Source of the DNA: Eledone cirrhosa
Taxonomy: Eukaryota
Direction of reading: 5' to 3'
DNA: 64,000 bases
Assembly (NCBI GenBank): GCA_964016885.1
Contig: OZ024744.1
Coordinates: 26,908,001-26,972,000, forward strand
Shown: positions 1-12,662 of the stretch, one piece after another
Position numbering within the stretch: position 1 is the first letter of the stretch
Layout of the letters: each line of letters opens with the position of its first letter
Notes under the pieces: generated by a model
Databases searched by the model: none
What the model was told of the DNA's origin: nothing
What the model saw: only the letters and a program-made list of their open reading frames with translations
Program-made: the position numbers and the translations under genes

Positions 1-727
1 TGGTGGTAAGAAAGCAGGTAACCTTAGGGCCAGGGACACCAGAAGTTTCCACTGCTACGGCGAGGCATCTCAGTGCATGTGGATGTAAGAAGGGAGGTAA
101 CCTTAGGGCCAAGGACACCAGAAGTCTCCACTGTTACGGCTAGGCATGTCAGTGCATGTGGTGGTAAGAAGGAAGTAACCTTAGGGCCAGGCACACCAGA
201 AGTCTCCACTGCTACGGCTAGGCATCTCAGTGCATGTGGTGGTAAGAAGGGAGGTAACCTTAGGGCCAGGGACACCAGAAGTCTCCACTGCTACGGCTAG
301 GCATCTCAGTGCATGTGGTGGTAAAAAGGGAGGTAACCTTAGAGCTAGGGACACCAGAAGTCTCCACTGTTACGGCCAGGCATCTCAGTGCATGTGGTGG
401 TAAGAAGGGGGGTAACCTTAGGGCCAAGGACACCAGAAGTCTCCACTGTTACGGCTAGGAATCTCAGTGCATGTGGTGGTAAGAAGGGAGGTATCCTTAG
501 GGCCAGGGACAGCAGAAGTATCCACTGTTACGGCTAGGCATCTCAGTTCATGTGGTGGTAAGAAGGGAGGTAACCTTAGGGCCAAGGACACCAGAAGTCT
601 CCACTGCTACCGCTAGGCATCACAGTGCATGTGGTGGTAAGGAGGGAGGTAACCTTAGGGCCAGGGACACCAGAAGACTCCACCGTTACGGCTAGGCATC
701 TCAGTGCATGGGTGGTAAGAAGGGAAG

Positions 728-3700
728 TAACCATATGGCCAAGGTCACCAGAAGTCACCACTGCTACGGCTAGGCATCTCAGTGCATGTGGTGGTAAGAA
801 GGGAGGTAACCTTAGGGCCAGGGACACCAGAAGTCCCCACTGTTACGGCTAGGCATCTCAGTGCATGTGGTGGTAAGAAAGGAGGTAACCTTAGAGCCAA
901 GGACACCAGAAGTCTCCACTGTTACGGCTAGGCATTTCAGTGCATCTGGTGGTAAGAAGGGAGGTAACCTTAGGGCCAAGGACACCAGAAGTCCCCACTG
1001 CTACGGCTAGGCATCTCAGTGCATGTGGTGGTAAGAAGGGAGGTAACCTTAGGGCCAGGGACACCAGAAGTCTCCACTGTTACGGCTAGGCATGTCAGTG
1101 CATGTGGTGGTAAGTAGGGAGGTAACCTTAGGGTCAGGGACACCAAAAGTCTCCACTGCTACGGCTAGGCATCTCAGTGCATGTGGTGGTTAGAAGGGAG
1201 GTAACCTTAGGGCCAGGGACACCAGAAGACTCCACTGTTACGGCTAGGCATCTCAGTGCATGTGCTGGTACGAAGGGAGGTAACCTTAGGATTTGGGACA
1301 CCAGAATTCTTCACTGCTACGGCCAGGCATCTCAGTGCATGTGGTGGTAAGAAAGGAGGTAACCTTAGGGCCAAGGACACCAGAAGACTCCACTGTTACG
1401 GCTAGGCATCTCAGTTCATGTGGTGGTAAGAAAGGAGGTAAACTTAGGGCCAAGGACACCAGAAGCCTCCACTGTTACGACTAGGCATGTCAGTGCATGT
1501 AGTGGTAAGAAATCAGGTAACCTTAGGGCCAGGGACACCAGAAGTCTCCACTGCTACGGCGAGGCATCTCAGTGCATGTGGTGGTAAGAAGGGAGGTAAC
1601 CTTAGGGCCAGGGACTCCAGAAGTCTCCACTGTTACGGCTAGGCATGTCAGTGCATGTGGTGGTAAGAAGGGAGCTAACCTTAGGGCCAGGGACAGCAGA
1701 AGTCTCCACTGCTACGGCTAGGCATCTCAGTGCATGTGGTGGTAAGAAGGAAGTAACCTTAGGGCCAAGGACACCAGAAGTCTCCACTGTTACGGCTAGG
1801 CATCTCAATGCATGTGGTGGTAAGAAGGGAGGTAACCTTAGGGCCAGGGACACCAGAAGTCTCCACTGCTACGGCTAGGCATCTCAGTGCATGTGGTGGT
1901 AAGAAGGAAGTAACCTTAGGGCCAAGGACACCAGAAGTCTCCACTGTTACGGCTAGGCATGTCAGTGCATGTGGTGGTAAGAAGGGAGGTAACCTTAGGG
2001 TTTGGGACACCAGAAGTCTCCACTGCTACGGCCAGGCATCTCAGTGCATGTGGTGGTAAGAAGGGAGGTAACCTTAGGGCCAGGGACACCAGACGTCTCC
2101 ACTGCTACGACTAGGCATGTCAGTGCATGTGGTGGTAAGAAAGCAGGTAACCTTAGGGCCAGGGACACCAGAAGTCTCCACTGCTACGGCGAGGCATCTC
2201 AGTGCATGTGGTGGTAAGAAGGGAGGTAACCTTAGGGCCAAGGACAGCAGAAGTCTCCACTGCTACGGCGAGGAATCTCAGTGCATGTGGTGGTAAGAAA
2301 GGAGGTAACCTTAGGGCCAAGGTCACCAGAAGCCTCCACTGTTACGACTAGGCATGTCAGTGCATGTGGTGGTAAGAAAGCAGGTAACCTTAGGGCCAGG
2401 GACACCAGAAGTTTCCACTGCTACGGCGAGGCATCTCAGTGCATGTGGATGTAAGAAGGGAGGTAACCTTAGGGCCAAGGACACCAGAAGTCTCCACTGC
2501 TACGGCTAGGCATCTCAGTGCATGTGGTGGTAAGAAGGGAGGTATCCTTAGGGCCAAGGACACCAGAAGACTCCACTGTTACGGCTAGGCATCTCAGTGC
2601 ATGTGGTGGTAAGAAGGGAGGTAACCATATGGCCAAGGTCACCAGAAGTCACCACTGCTACGGCTAGGCATCTCAGTGCATGTGGTGGTAAGAAGGGAGG
2701 TAACCTTAGGGCCAGGGACACCAGAAGTCCCCACTGTTACGGCTGGGCATCTCAGTGCATGTGGTGGTAAGAAAGGAGGTAACCTTAGAGCCAAGGACAC
2801 CAGAAGTCTCCACTGTTACGGCTAGGCATCTCAGTGCATCTGGTGGTAAGAAGGGAGGTAACCTTAGGGCCAAGGACACCAGAAGTCCCCACTGCTACGG
2901 CTAGGCATCTCAGTGCATGTGGTGGTAAGAAGGGAGGTAACATTAGGGCAGGGACACCAGAAGTCTCCACTGTTACGGCTAGGCATGTCAGTGCATGTGG
3001 TGGTAAGAAGGGAGGTAACCTTAGGGTCAGGGACACCAAAAGTCTCCACTGCTACGGCTAGGCATCTCAGTGCATGTGGTGGTTAGAAGGGAGGTAACCT
3101 TAGGGCCAGGGACAGCAGAAGTCTCCACTGCTACCGCTAGGCATCTCAGTGCATGTTGTGGTAAGAAGGGAGGTAACCTTAGGGCCAGGGACACCAGAAG
3201 TCTCCACTGTTACGGCTAGGCATCTCAGTGCATGTGGTGGTAAGAAGGAAGTAACCTTAGGGCCAGGGACACCAGAAGACTCCACTGTTACGGCTAGGCA
3301 TCTCAGTGCATGTGGTGGTACGAAGGGAGGTAACCTTAGGTTTTGGGACACCAGAATTCTTCACTGCTACGGCCAGGCATCTCAGTGCATGTGGTGGTAA
3401 GAAGGGAGGTAACCTTAGGGCCAGGGACACCAGAAGACTCCACTGTTACGGCTAGGCATCTCAGTGCATGTGGTTGTAAGTATGGAGGTAACCTTAGGGC
3501 CAGGGACACCAGAAGTCTCCACTTCTACGGCTAGGCATCTCAGTGCATGTGGTGGTAAGAAGGAAGTATCCTTAGGGCCAAGGACACCAGAAGTCTTCAC
3601 TGTTACGGCTAGGCATCTCAGTGCATGTGGTGGTAAGAAGGAAGTAACCTTAGGGCCAAGGACACCAGAAGTCTCCACTGTTACGGCTAGGCATCTCAGT

Positions 3701-6171
3701 GCATGTGGTGGTAAGATGGGAGGTAACCTTAGGGCCATGGACACCAGAAGTCTCCACTGCTACGGCTAGGCATCTCAGTGCATGTGGTGGTAAGAAAGGA
3801 GGTAAACTTAGGGCCAAGGACACCAGAAGCCTCCACTGTTACGACTAGGCATGTCAGTGCATGTGGTGGTAAGAAATCAGGTAACCTTAGGGCCAGGGAC
3901 ACCAGAAGTCTCCACTGCTACGGCTAGGCATCTCAGTGCATGTGGTGGTAAGAAGGGAGGTAACCTTAGGGCCAGGGACACCAGAAGTCTCCACTGTTAC
4001 GGCTAGGCATATCAGTGCATGTGGTGGTAAGAAAGGAGGTAACCTTAGGGCCAGCGACACCAGAAGACTCCACTGTTACGGCTAGGCATCTCAGTGCATG
4101 TGGTGGTAAGAATGGAGGTAACCTTAGGGCCAGGGACACCAGAAGTCTCCACTGTTACGGCTAGGCATGTCAGTGCATGTGGTGGTAAGAAAGGAGGTAA
4201 CCTTAGGGCCAGGGACACCAGAAGTCTCCACTGCTACGGCTAGGCATCTCAGTGCATGTGGTGGTAAGAAGGAAGTAACCTTAGGGCCAAGGACACAAGA
4301 AGTCTTCACTGTTACGGCTAGGCATATCAGTGCATGTGGTGGTAAAAAGGGAGGTAACCTTAGGGCCAGGGACACCAGAAGTCTCCACTGCTACGGCTAG
4401 GCATCTCAGTGCATGTGGTGGTAAGAAGGAAGTAACCTTAAGGCCAAGGACACCAGAAGTCTCCACTGTTACGGCTAGGCATCTCAGTGCATGTGGTGGT
4501 AATAAGGGAGGTAACCTTAGGTCCAGGAACACCAGAAGTCTCCACTGTTAAGGCTAGGCATCTCAGTGCATGTGGATGTAAGAAGGGAGGTAATCTTAGG
4601 GCCAAGGACACCAGAAGTCTCCACTGTTACGGCTAGGCATGTCAGTGCATGTGGTGGTAAGAAGGAAGTAACCTTAGGGCCAGGCACACCAGAAGTCTCC
4701 ACTGCTACGGCTAGGCATCTCAGTGCATGTGGTGGTAAGAAGGGAGGTAACGTTAGAGCTAGGGACACCAGAAGTCTCCACTGTTACGGCCAGGCATCTC
4801 AGTGCATGTGGTGGTAAGAAGGGGGGTAACCTTAGGGCCAAGGACACCAGAAGTCTCCACTTTTACGGCTAGGAATCTCAGTGCATGTGGTGGTAAGAAG
4901 GGAGGTAACCATATGGCCAAGGTCACCAGAAGTCACCACTGCTACGGCTAGGCATCTCAGTGCATGTGGTGGTAAGAAGGGAGGTAACCTTAGGGCCAGG
5001 GACACCAGAAGTCCCCACTGTTACGGCTAGGCATCTCAGTGCATGTGGTGGTAAGAAAGGAGGTAACCTTAGAGCCAAGGACACCAGAAGTCTCCACTGT
5101 TACGGCTAGGCATCTCACTGCATCTGGTGGTAAGAAGGGAGGTAACCTTAGGGCCAAGGACACCAGAAGTCCCCACTGCTACGGCTAGGTATCTCAGTGC
5201 ATGTGGTGGTAAGAAGGGAGGTAACCTTAGGGCCAGGGACACCAGAAGTCTCCACTGTTACGGCTAGGCATGTCAGTGCATGTGGTGGTAAGAAGGGAGG
5301 TAACCTTAGGGTCAGGGACACCAAAAGTCTCCACTGCTACGGCTAGGCATCTCAGTGCATGTGGTGGTTAGAAGGGAGGTAACCTTAGGGCCAGGGACAC
5401 CAGAAGACTCTACTGTTACGGCTAGGCATCTCAGTGCATGTGCTGGTACGAAGGGAGGTAACCTTAGGTTTTAGGACACCAGAATTCTTCACTGCTACGG
5501 CCAGGCATCTCAGTGCATGTGGTGGTAAGAAGGGAGGTAACCTTAGGGCCAAGGACACCAGAAGACTCCACTGTTACGGCTAGGCATCTCAGTTCATGTG
5601 GTGGTAAGAAAGGAGGTAAACTTAGGGCCAAGGACACCAGAAGCCTCCACTGTTACGACTAGGCATGTCAGTGCATGTGGTGGTAAGAAATCAGGTAACC
5701 TTAGGGCCAGGGACACCAGAAGTCTCCACTGCTACGGCGAGGCATCTCAGTGCATGTGGTGGTAAGAAGGGAGGTAACCTTAGGGCCAGGGACTCCAGAA
5801 GTCTCCACTGTTACGGCTAGGCATGTCAGTGCATGTGGTGGTAAGAAGGGAGCTAACCTTAGGGCCAGGGACAGCAGAAGTCTCCACTGCTACGGCTAGG
5901 CATCTCTGTGCATGTGGTGGTAAGAAGGAAGTAACCTTAGGGCCAAGGACACCAGAAGTCTCCACTGTTACGGCTAGGCATCTCAGTGCATGTGGTGGTA
6001 AGAAGGGAGGTAACCTTAGGGCCAGGGACACCAGAAGACTCCACTGCTACGGCTAGGCATCTCAGTGCATGTGGTGGTAAGAAGGAAGTAACCTTAGGGC
6101 CAAGGACACCAGAAGTCTCCACTGTTACGGCTAGGCATCTCAGTGCATGTGGTGGTAAGAAGGGAGGTAAC
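728..6171 (+). repeat. Older, more diverged block duplication with 4,178-bp offset (53 monomers): about 728-1993 vs 4906-6171
   Basis: The marker CCATATGGCCAAGGTCACC lies at 731 and 4909. ORF pairs 1602/5780 and 1759/5937 share the offset. Variant order is conserved, with several private substitutions (e.g. AGGATTTGGG vs AGGTTTTAGG). Confidence 0.82.
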
Positions 6172-9100
6172 ATTAGGGCCAGGGACACCAGACGTCTCCA
6201 CTGCTACGACTAGGCATGTCAGTGCATGTGGTGGTAAGAAAGCAGGTAACCTTAGGGCCAGGGACACCAGAAGTCTCCACTGCTACGGCGAGGCATCTCA
6301 GTGCATGTGGTGGTAAGAAGGGAGGTATCCTTAGGGCCAAGGACACCAGAAGCCTCCACTGTTACGACTAGGCATGTCAGTGCATGTGGTGGTAAGAAAG
6401 CAGGTAACCTTAGGGCCAGGGACACCAGAAGTTTCCACTGCTACGGCGAGGCATCTCAGTGCATGTGGATGTAAGAAGGGAGGTAACCTTAGGGCCAAGG
6501 ACACCAGAAGTCTCCACTGTTACGGCTAGGCATGTCAGTGCATGTGGTGGTAAGAAGGAAGTAACCTTAGGGCCAGGGACACCAGAAGTCTCCACTGCTA
6601 CGGCTAGGCATCTCAGTGCATGTGGTGGTAAGAAGGGAGGTAACCTTAGGGCCAGGGACACCAGAAGTCTCCACTGTTACGGCTAGGCATGCCTGTGCAT
6701 GTGGTGGTAAGAAAGGAGGTAACCTTAGGGCCAGCGACACCAGAAGACTCCACTGTTACGGCTAGGCATCTCAGTGCATGTGGTGGTAAGAATGGAGGTA
6801 ACCTTAGGGCCAGGGACACCAGAAGTCTCCACTGTTACGGCTAGGCATGTCAGTGCATGTGGTGGTAAGAAAGGAGGTAACCTTAGGGCCAGGGACACCA
6901 GAAGTCTCCACTGCTACGGCTAGGCATCTCAGTGCATGTGGTCGTAAGAAAGGAGGTAACCTTAGGGCCAAGGACACCAGAAGTCTTCACTGTTACGGCT
7001 AGGCATATCAGTGCATGTGGTGGTAAAAAGGGAGGTAACCTTAGGGCCAGGGACACCAGAAGTCTCCACTGCTACGGCTAGGCATCTCAGTGCATGTGGT
7101 GGTAAGAAGGAAGTAACCTTAAGGCCAAGGACACCAGAAGTCTCCACTGTTACGGCTAGGCATCTCAGTGCATGTGGTGGTAATAAGGGAGGTAACCTTA
7201 GGTCCAGGAACACCAGAAGTCTCCACTGTTAAGGCTAGGCATCTCAGTGCATGTGGATGTAAGAAGGGAGGTAATCTTAGGGCCAAGGATACCAGAAGTC
7301 TCCACTGTTACGGCTAGGCATGTCAGTGCATGTGGTGGTAAGAAGTAAGTAACCTTAGGGCCAGGCACACCAGAAGTCTCCACTGCTACGGCTAGGCATC
7401 TCAGTGCATGTGGTGGTAAGAAGGGAGGTAACCTTAGGGCCAGGGACACCAGAAGTCTCCACTGTTACGGCCAGGCATCTCAGTGCATGTGGTGGTAAGA
7501 AGGGGGGTAACCTTAGGGCCAAGGACACCAGAAGTCTCCACTGTTACGGCTAGGATTCTCAGTGCATGTGGTGGTAAGAAGGGAGGTAACCTTAGGGCCA
7601 GGGACACCAGAAGTCTCCACTGCTACGGCTAGGCATCTCAGTGCATGTGGTGGTAAGAAGGGAGGTAACCTTAGGGCCAGGGACACCAGAAGTCGCCACT
7701 GCTACGGCTAGGCATCTCAGTGCATGTGGTGGTAAGAAGGAAGTAACCTTAGGGCCAAGGACACCAGAAGTCTCCACTGTTACGGCTAGGCATCTCAGTG
7801 CATGTGGTGGTAAGATGGGAGGTAACCTTAGGGCCATGGACACCAGAAGTCTCCACTGCTACGGCTAGGCATCTCAGTGCATGTGGTGGTAAGAAAGGAG
7901 GTAAACTTAGGGCCAAGGTCACCAGAAGCCTCCACTGTTACGACTAGGCATGTCAGTGCATGTGGTGGTAAGAAATCAGGTAACCTTAGGGCCAGGGACA
8001 CCAGAAGTCTCCACTGCTACGGCGAGGCATCTCAGTGCATGTGGTGGTAAGAAGGGAGGTAACCTTAGGGCCAGGGACTCCAGAAGTCTCCACTGTTACG
8101 GCTAGGCATGTCAGTGCATGTGGTGGTAAGAAGGGAGCTAACCTTAGGGCCAGGGACAGCAGAAGTCTCCACTGCTACGGCTAGGCATCTCAGTGCATGT
8201 GGTGGTAAGAAGGGAGGTAACCTTAGGGCCAAGGACACCAGAAGTCTCCACTGTTACGTCTAGGCATCTCAGTGCATGTGGTGGTAAGAAGGGAGGTAAC
8301 CTTAGGGCCAGGCACACCAGAAGTCGTCACTGTTACGGCTAGGCATGTCAGTGCATGTGGTGGTCTGAAGGGAGGTAACCTTAGGGCCAGAGACACCAGA
8401 AGTCTCGACTTCTAAGGCTAGGCATCTCAGTGCATGTGGTGGTAAGAAAGGAAGTAACCTTTGGGCCAAGGACACCAGAAGTCTCCACTGTTACGGCTAG
8501 GCATCTCAGTGCATGTGGTGGTAAGAAGGGAGGTAACCTTAGGGCCAGGGACACCAGAAGTCTCCACTGCTACGGCTAGGCATCTCAGTGCATGTGGTGG
8601 TAAGAAGGAAGTAACCTTAGGGTTTGGGACACCAGAAGTCTCCACTGCTACGGCCAGGCATCTCAGTGCATGTGGTGGTAAGAAGGGAGGTAACCTTAGG
8701 GCCAGGGACACCAGACGTCTCCACTGCTACGGCTAGGCATCTCAGTGCATGTGGTGGTAAGAAGGGAGGTAACCTTAGGGCCAGGGACACCAGAAGACTT
8801 CACTGTTACGGCTAGGCATCTCAGTGCATGTGGTGGTAAGAAGGGAGGTAACCTTAGGGCCAAGGACAGCAGAAGTCTCCACTGCTACGGCGAGGCATCT
8901 CAGTGCATGTGGTGGTAAGAAGGGAGGTAACCTTAGGGCCAAGGACACCAGAAGCCTCCACTGTTACGACTAGGCATGTCAGTGCATGTGGTGGTAAGAA
9001 AGCAGGTAACCTTAGGGCCAGGGACACCAGAAGTCTCCACTGCTACGGCGAGGCATCTCAGTGCATGTGGTGGTAAGAAGGGAGGTAACCTTAGGGCCAC

Positions 9101-12100
9101 GGACAGCAGAAGTCTCCACTGCTACGGCGAGGCATCTCAGTGCATGTGGTGGTAAGAAAGGAGGTAACCTTAGGGCCAAGGACACCAGAAGCCTCCACTG
9201 TTACGACTAGGCATGTCAGTGCATGTGGTGGTAAGAAAGCAGGTTACCTTAGGGCCAGGGACACCAGAAGTCTCCACTGCTACGGCGAGGCATGTCAGTG
9301 CATGTGGTGGTAAGAAGGGAGGTAACCTTAGGGCCAGGGACTCCAGAAGTCTCCACTGTTACGGCTAGGCATGTCAGTGCATGTGGTGGTAAGAAGGGAG
9401 GTAACATTAGGGCCAGGGACACCAGAAGACTCCACTGTTACGGCTAGGCATCTCAGTGCAAGTGTAGGTAAGAAGGGAGGTAACCTTAGGGCCAGGGACA
9501 CCAGAAGTCTCCACTGTTACGGCTAGGCATCTCAGTGCGTGTGGTGGTAAGAAGGAAGTAACCTTAGGGCCAGGGACACCAGAAGACTCCACTGTTACGG
9601 CTAGACATCTCAGTGCATGTGGTGGTAAGAAGGGAGGTAACCTTAGGGTTTGGGACACCAGAAGTCTCCACTGCTACGGCCATCATCTCAGTGCATGTGG
9701 TGGTAAGAAGGGAGGTAACCTTAGGGCCAGGGACACCAGATCTCCACTGCTACGGCTAGGCATCTCAGTGCAAGTGTAGGTAAGAAGGGAGGTAACCTTA
9801 GGGCCAGGGACACCAGAAGTCTCCACTGTTACGGCTAGGCATCTCAGTGCGTGTGGTGGTAAGAAGGAAGTAACCTTAGGGCCAGGGACACCAGAAGACT
9901 CCACTGTTACGGCTAGACATCTCAGTGCATGTGGTGGTAAGAATGGAGGTAACCTTATCGTTTGGGACACCAGAAGTCTCCACTGCTACGGCTAGGCATC
10001 TCAGTGCATGTGGTGGTAAGAAGGGAGGTAACCTTAGGGCCAGGGACACCAGAAGTCTCCACTGTTACGGCTAGGCATCTCAGTGCATGTGGTGGTAAGA
10101 AGGGAGGTAACATTAGGGCCAGGGACACCAGAAGACTCCACTGTTACGGCTAGGCATCTCAGTGCATGTGGTGGTAAGAAGGGAGGTAACCTTAGGGCCA
10201 GGGACACCAGAAGTCTCCACTGTTACGGCCAGGCATCTCAGTGCATGTGGTGGTAAGAAGGAGGTAACCTCAGGGCCAAGGACACCAGAAGTCTGCACTG
10301 TTACGGCTAGGCATCTCAGTGCATGTGGTGGTAAGAAGGGAGGTAACCTTAGGGCCAAGGACACCAGAAGACTCCACTGTTACGGCTAGGCATCTCGGTG
10401 CATGTGGTGGTAAGAAGGGAGGTAACCTTAGGGCCAAGGACACCAGAAGTTTCCACTGCTACCGCTAGGCATCTCAGTGCATGTGGTGGTAACGAGGGAG
10501 GTAAACTTAGGGCCAGGGACACCAGAAGTCTCCACTGCTACGGCTAGGCATCTCAGTGCATGTGGTGGTAAGAAGGGAGGTAACCTTAGGGCCAAGGACA
10601 CCAGAGGTCTCCACTGTTACGTCTAGGCATCTCAGTGCATGTGGTGGTAAGAAGGGAGGTAACCTTAGGGCCAGGCACACCAGAAGTCGTCACTGTTACG
10701 GCTAGGCATCTCAGTGCAATGGTGGTAAGAAGGGAGGTAACCTTAGGGCCAGAGACACCAGAAGTCTCGACTGCTAAGGCTAGGCATCTCAGTGCATGTG
10801 GTGGTAAGAAGGGAAGTAACCTTAGGGCCAGGGACACCAGAAGTCTCCACAGTTACGGCTAGGCATGTCAGTGCATGTGGTGGTAAGATGGGAGGTAACC
10901 TTAGGGCCAGGGACACCAGAAGTCTCCACTGTTACGGCTAGGCATCTCAGTGCATGTGGTGGTAAGAAGGGAGGTAACCTTAGGGCCAGGGACACCAAAA
11001 GTCTCCACTGTTACGGCTAGGCATCTCAGTGCATGTGGTGGTAAGAAGGAAGTAACCTTAGGGCCAGGGACACCAGAAGACTCCACTGTTACGGCTAGGC
11101 ATCTCAGTGCATGTGGTGGTAAGAAGGGAGGTAACCTTAGGGTTTGGGACACCAGAAGTCTCCACTGCTACGGCCAGGCATCTCAGTGCATTTGGTGGTA
11201 AGAAGGGAGGTAACCTTAGGGCCAGGGACACCAGACGTCTCCACTGCTACGGTTAGGCATCTCAGTGCATGTGGTGGTAAGAAGGGAGGTAACCTTAGGG
11301 CCAGGGACACCAGAAGACTTCACTGTTACGGCTAGGCATCTCAGTGCATGTGGTGGTAAGAAGGGAGGTAACCTTAGGGCCAAGGACAGCAGAAGTCTCC
11401 ACTGCTACGGCGAGGCATCTCAGTGCATGTGGTGGTAAGAAAGGAGGTAACCTTAGGGCCAAGGACACCAGAAGCCTCCACTGTTAGGACTAGGCATGTC
11501 AGTGCATGTGGTGGTAAGAAAGCAGGTAACCTTAGGGCCAGGGACACCAGAAGTCTCCACTGCTACGGCGAGGCATCTCAGTGCATGTGGTGGTAAGAAG
11601 GGAGGTAACCTTAGGGCCACGGACAGCAGAAGTCTCCACTGCTACGGCGAGGCATCTCAGTGCATGTGGTGGTAAGAAAGGAGGTAACCTTAGGGCCAAG
11701 GACACCAGAAGCCTCCACTGTTACGACTAGGTATGTCAGTGCATGTGGTGGTAAGAAAGCAGGTAACCTTAGGGCCAGGGACACCAGAAGTCTCCACTGC
11801 TACGGCGAGGCATCTCAGTGCATGTGGTGGTAAGAAGGGAGGTAACCTTAGGGCCAGGGACTCCAGAAGTCTCCACTGTTACGGCTAGGCATGTCAGTGC
11901 ATGTGGTGGTAAGAAGGGAGGTAACATTAGGGCCAGGGACACCACAAGACTCCACTGTTACGGCTAGGCATCTCAGTGCAAGTGGTGGTAAGAAGGGAGG
12001 TAACCTTAGGGCCAGGGACACCAGAAGTCTGCACAGTTACGGCTAGGCATCTCAGTGCATGTGGTGGTAAGAAGGAAGTAACCTTAGGGCCAGGGACACC

Positions 12101-12662
12101 AGAAGACTCCACTGTTACGGCTAGACATCTCAGTGCATGTGGTGGTAAGAAGGGAGGTAACCTTAGGGTTTGGGACACCAGAAGTCTGCACTGCTACGGC
12201 CAGGCATCTCAGTGCATGTGGTGGTAAGAAGGGAGGTAACCATAGGGCCAGGGACACCAGACGTCTCCACTGCTACGGCTAGGCATCTCAGTGCATGTGG
12301 TGGTAAGAATGGAGGTAACCTTAGGGCCAGGGACACCAGAAGTCTCCACTGCTACGGCTAGGCATCTCAGTGCATGTGGTGGTAAGAAGGGAGCTAACAT
12401 TAGGGCCAGGGACACCAGAAGACTCCACTGTTACGGCTAGGCATCTCAGTGCATGTGGTGGTAAGAAGGGAGGTAACCTTAGGGCCAAGGACACCAAAAG
12501 TTTCCACTGCTACCGCTAGGCATCTCAGTGCATGTGGTGGTAAGGAGGGAGGTAAACTTAGGGCCAAGGACACCAGAAGTCTCCACTGTTACGGCTAGGC
12601 ATCTCAGTGCATGTGGTGGTAAGAAGGGAGGTAACCTTAGGGCCAAGGACACCAGAAGTCCC

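Noticed and set aside
621-627. V(D)J RSS heptamer CACAGTG, and the CACTGT-like core in the consensus
   Set aside because: It is a single point variant, with no ACAAAAACC nonamer at 12- or 23-bp spacing and no V, D or J segments.
2611-2635. Shine-Dalgarno-like GGAGGT in most monomers, in a few followed by CATATG at plausible spacing
   Set aside because: The context is a eukaryote-type satellite. The ATG exists only in a rare variant and opens no meaningful ORF, so this is a coincidental match.
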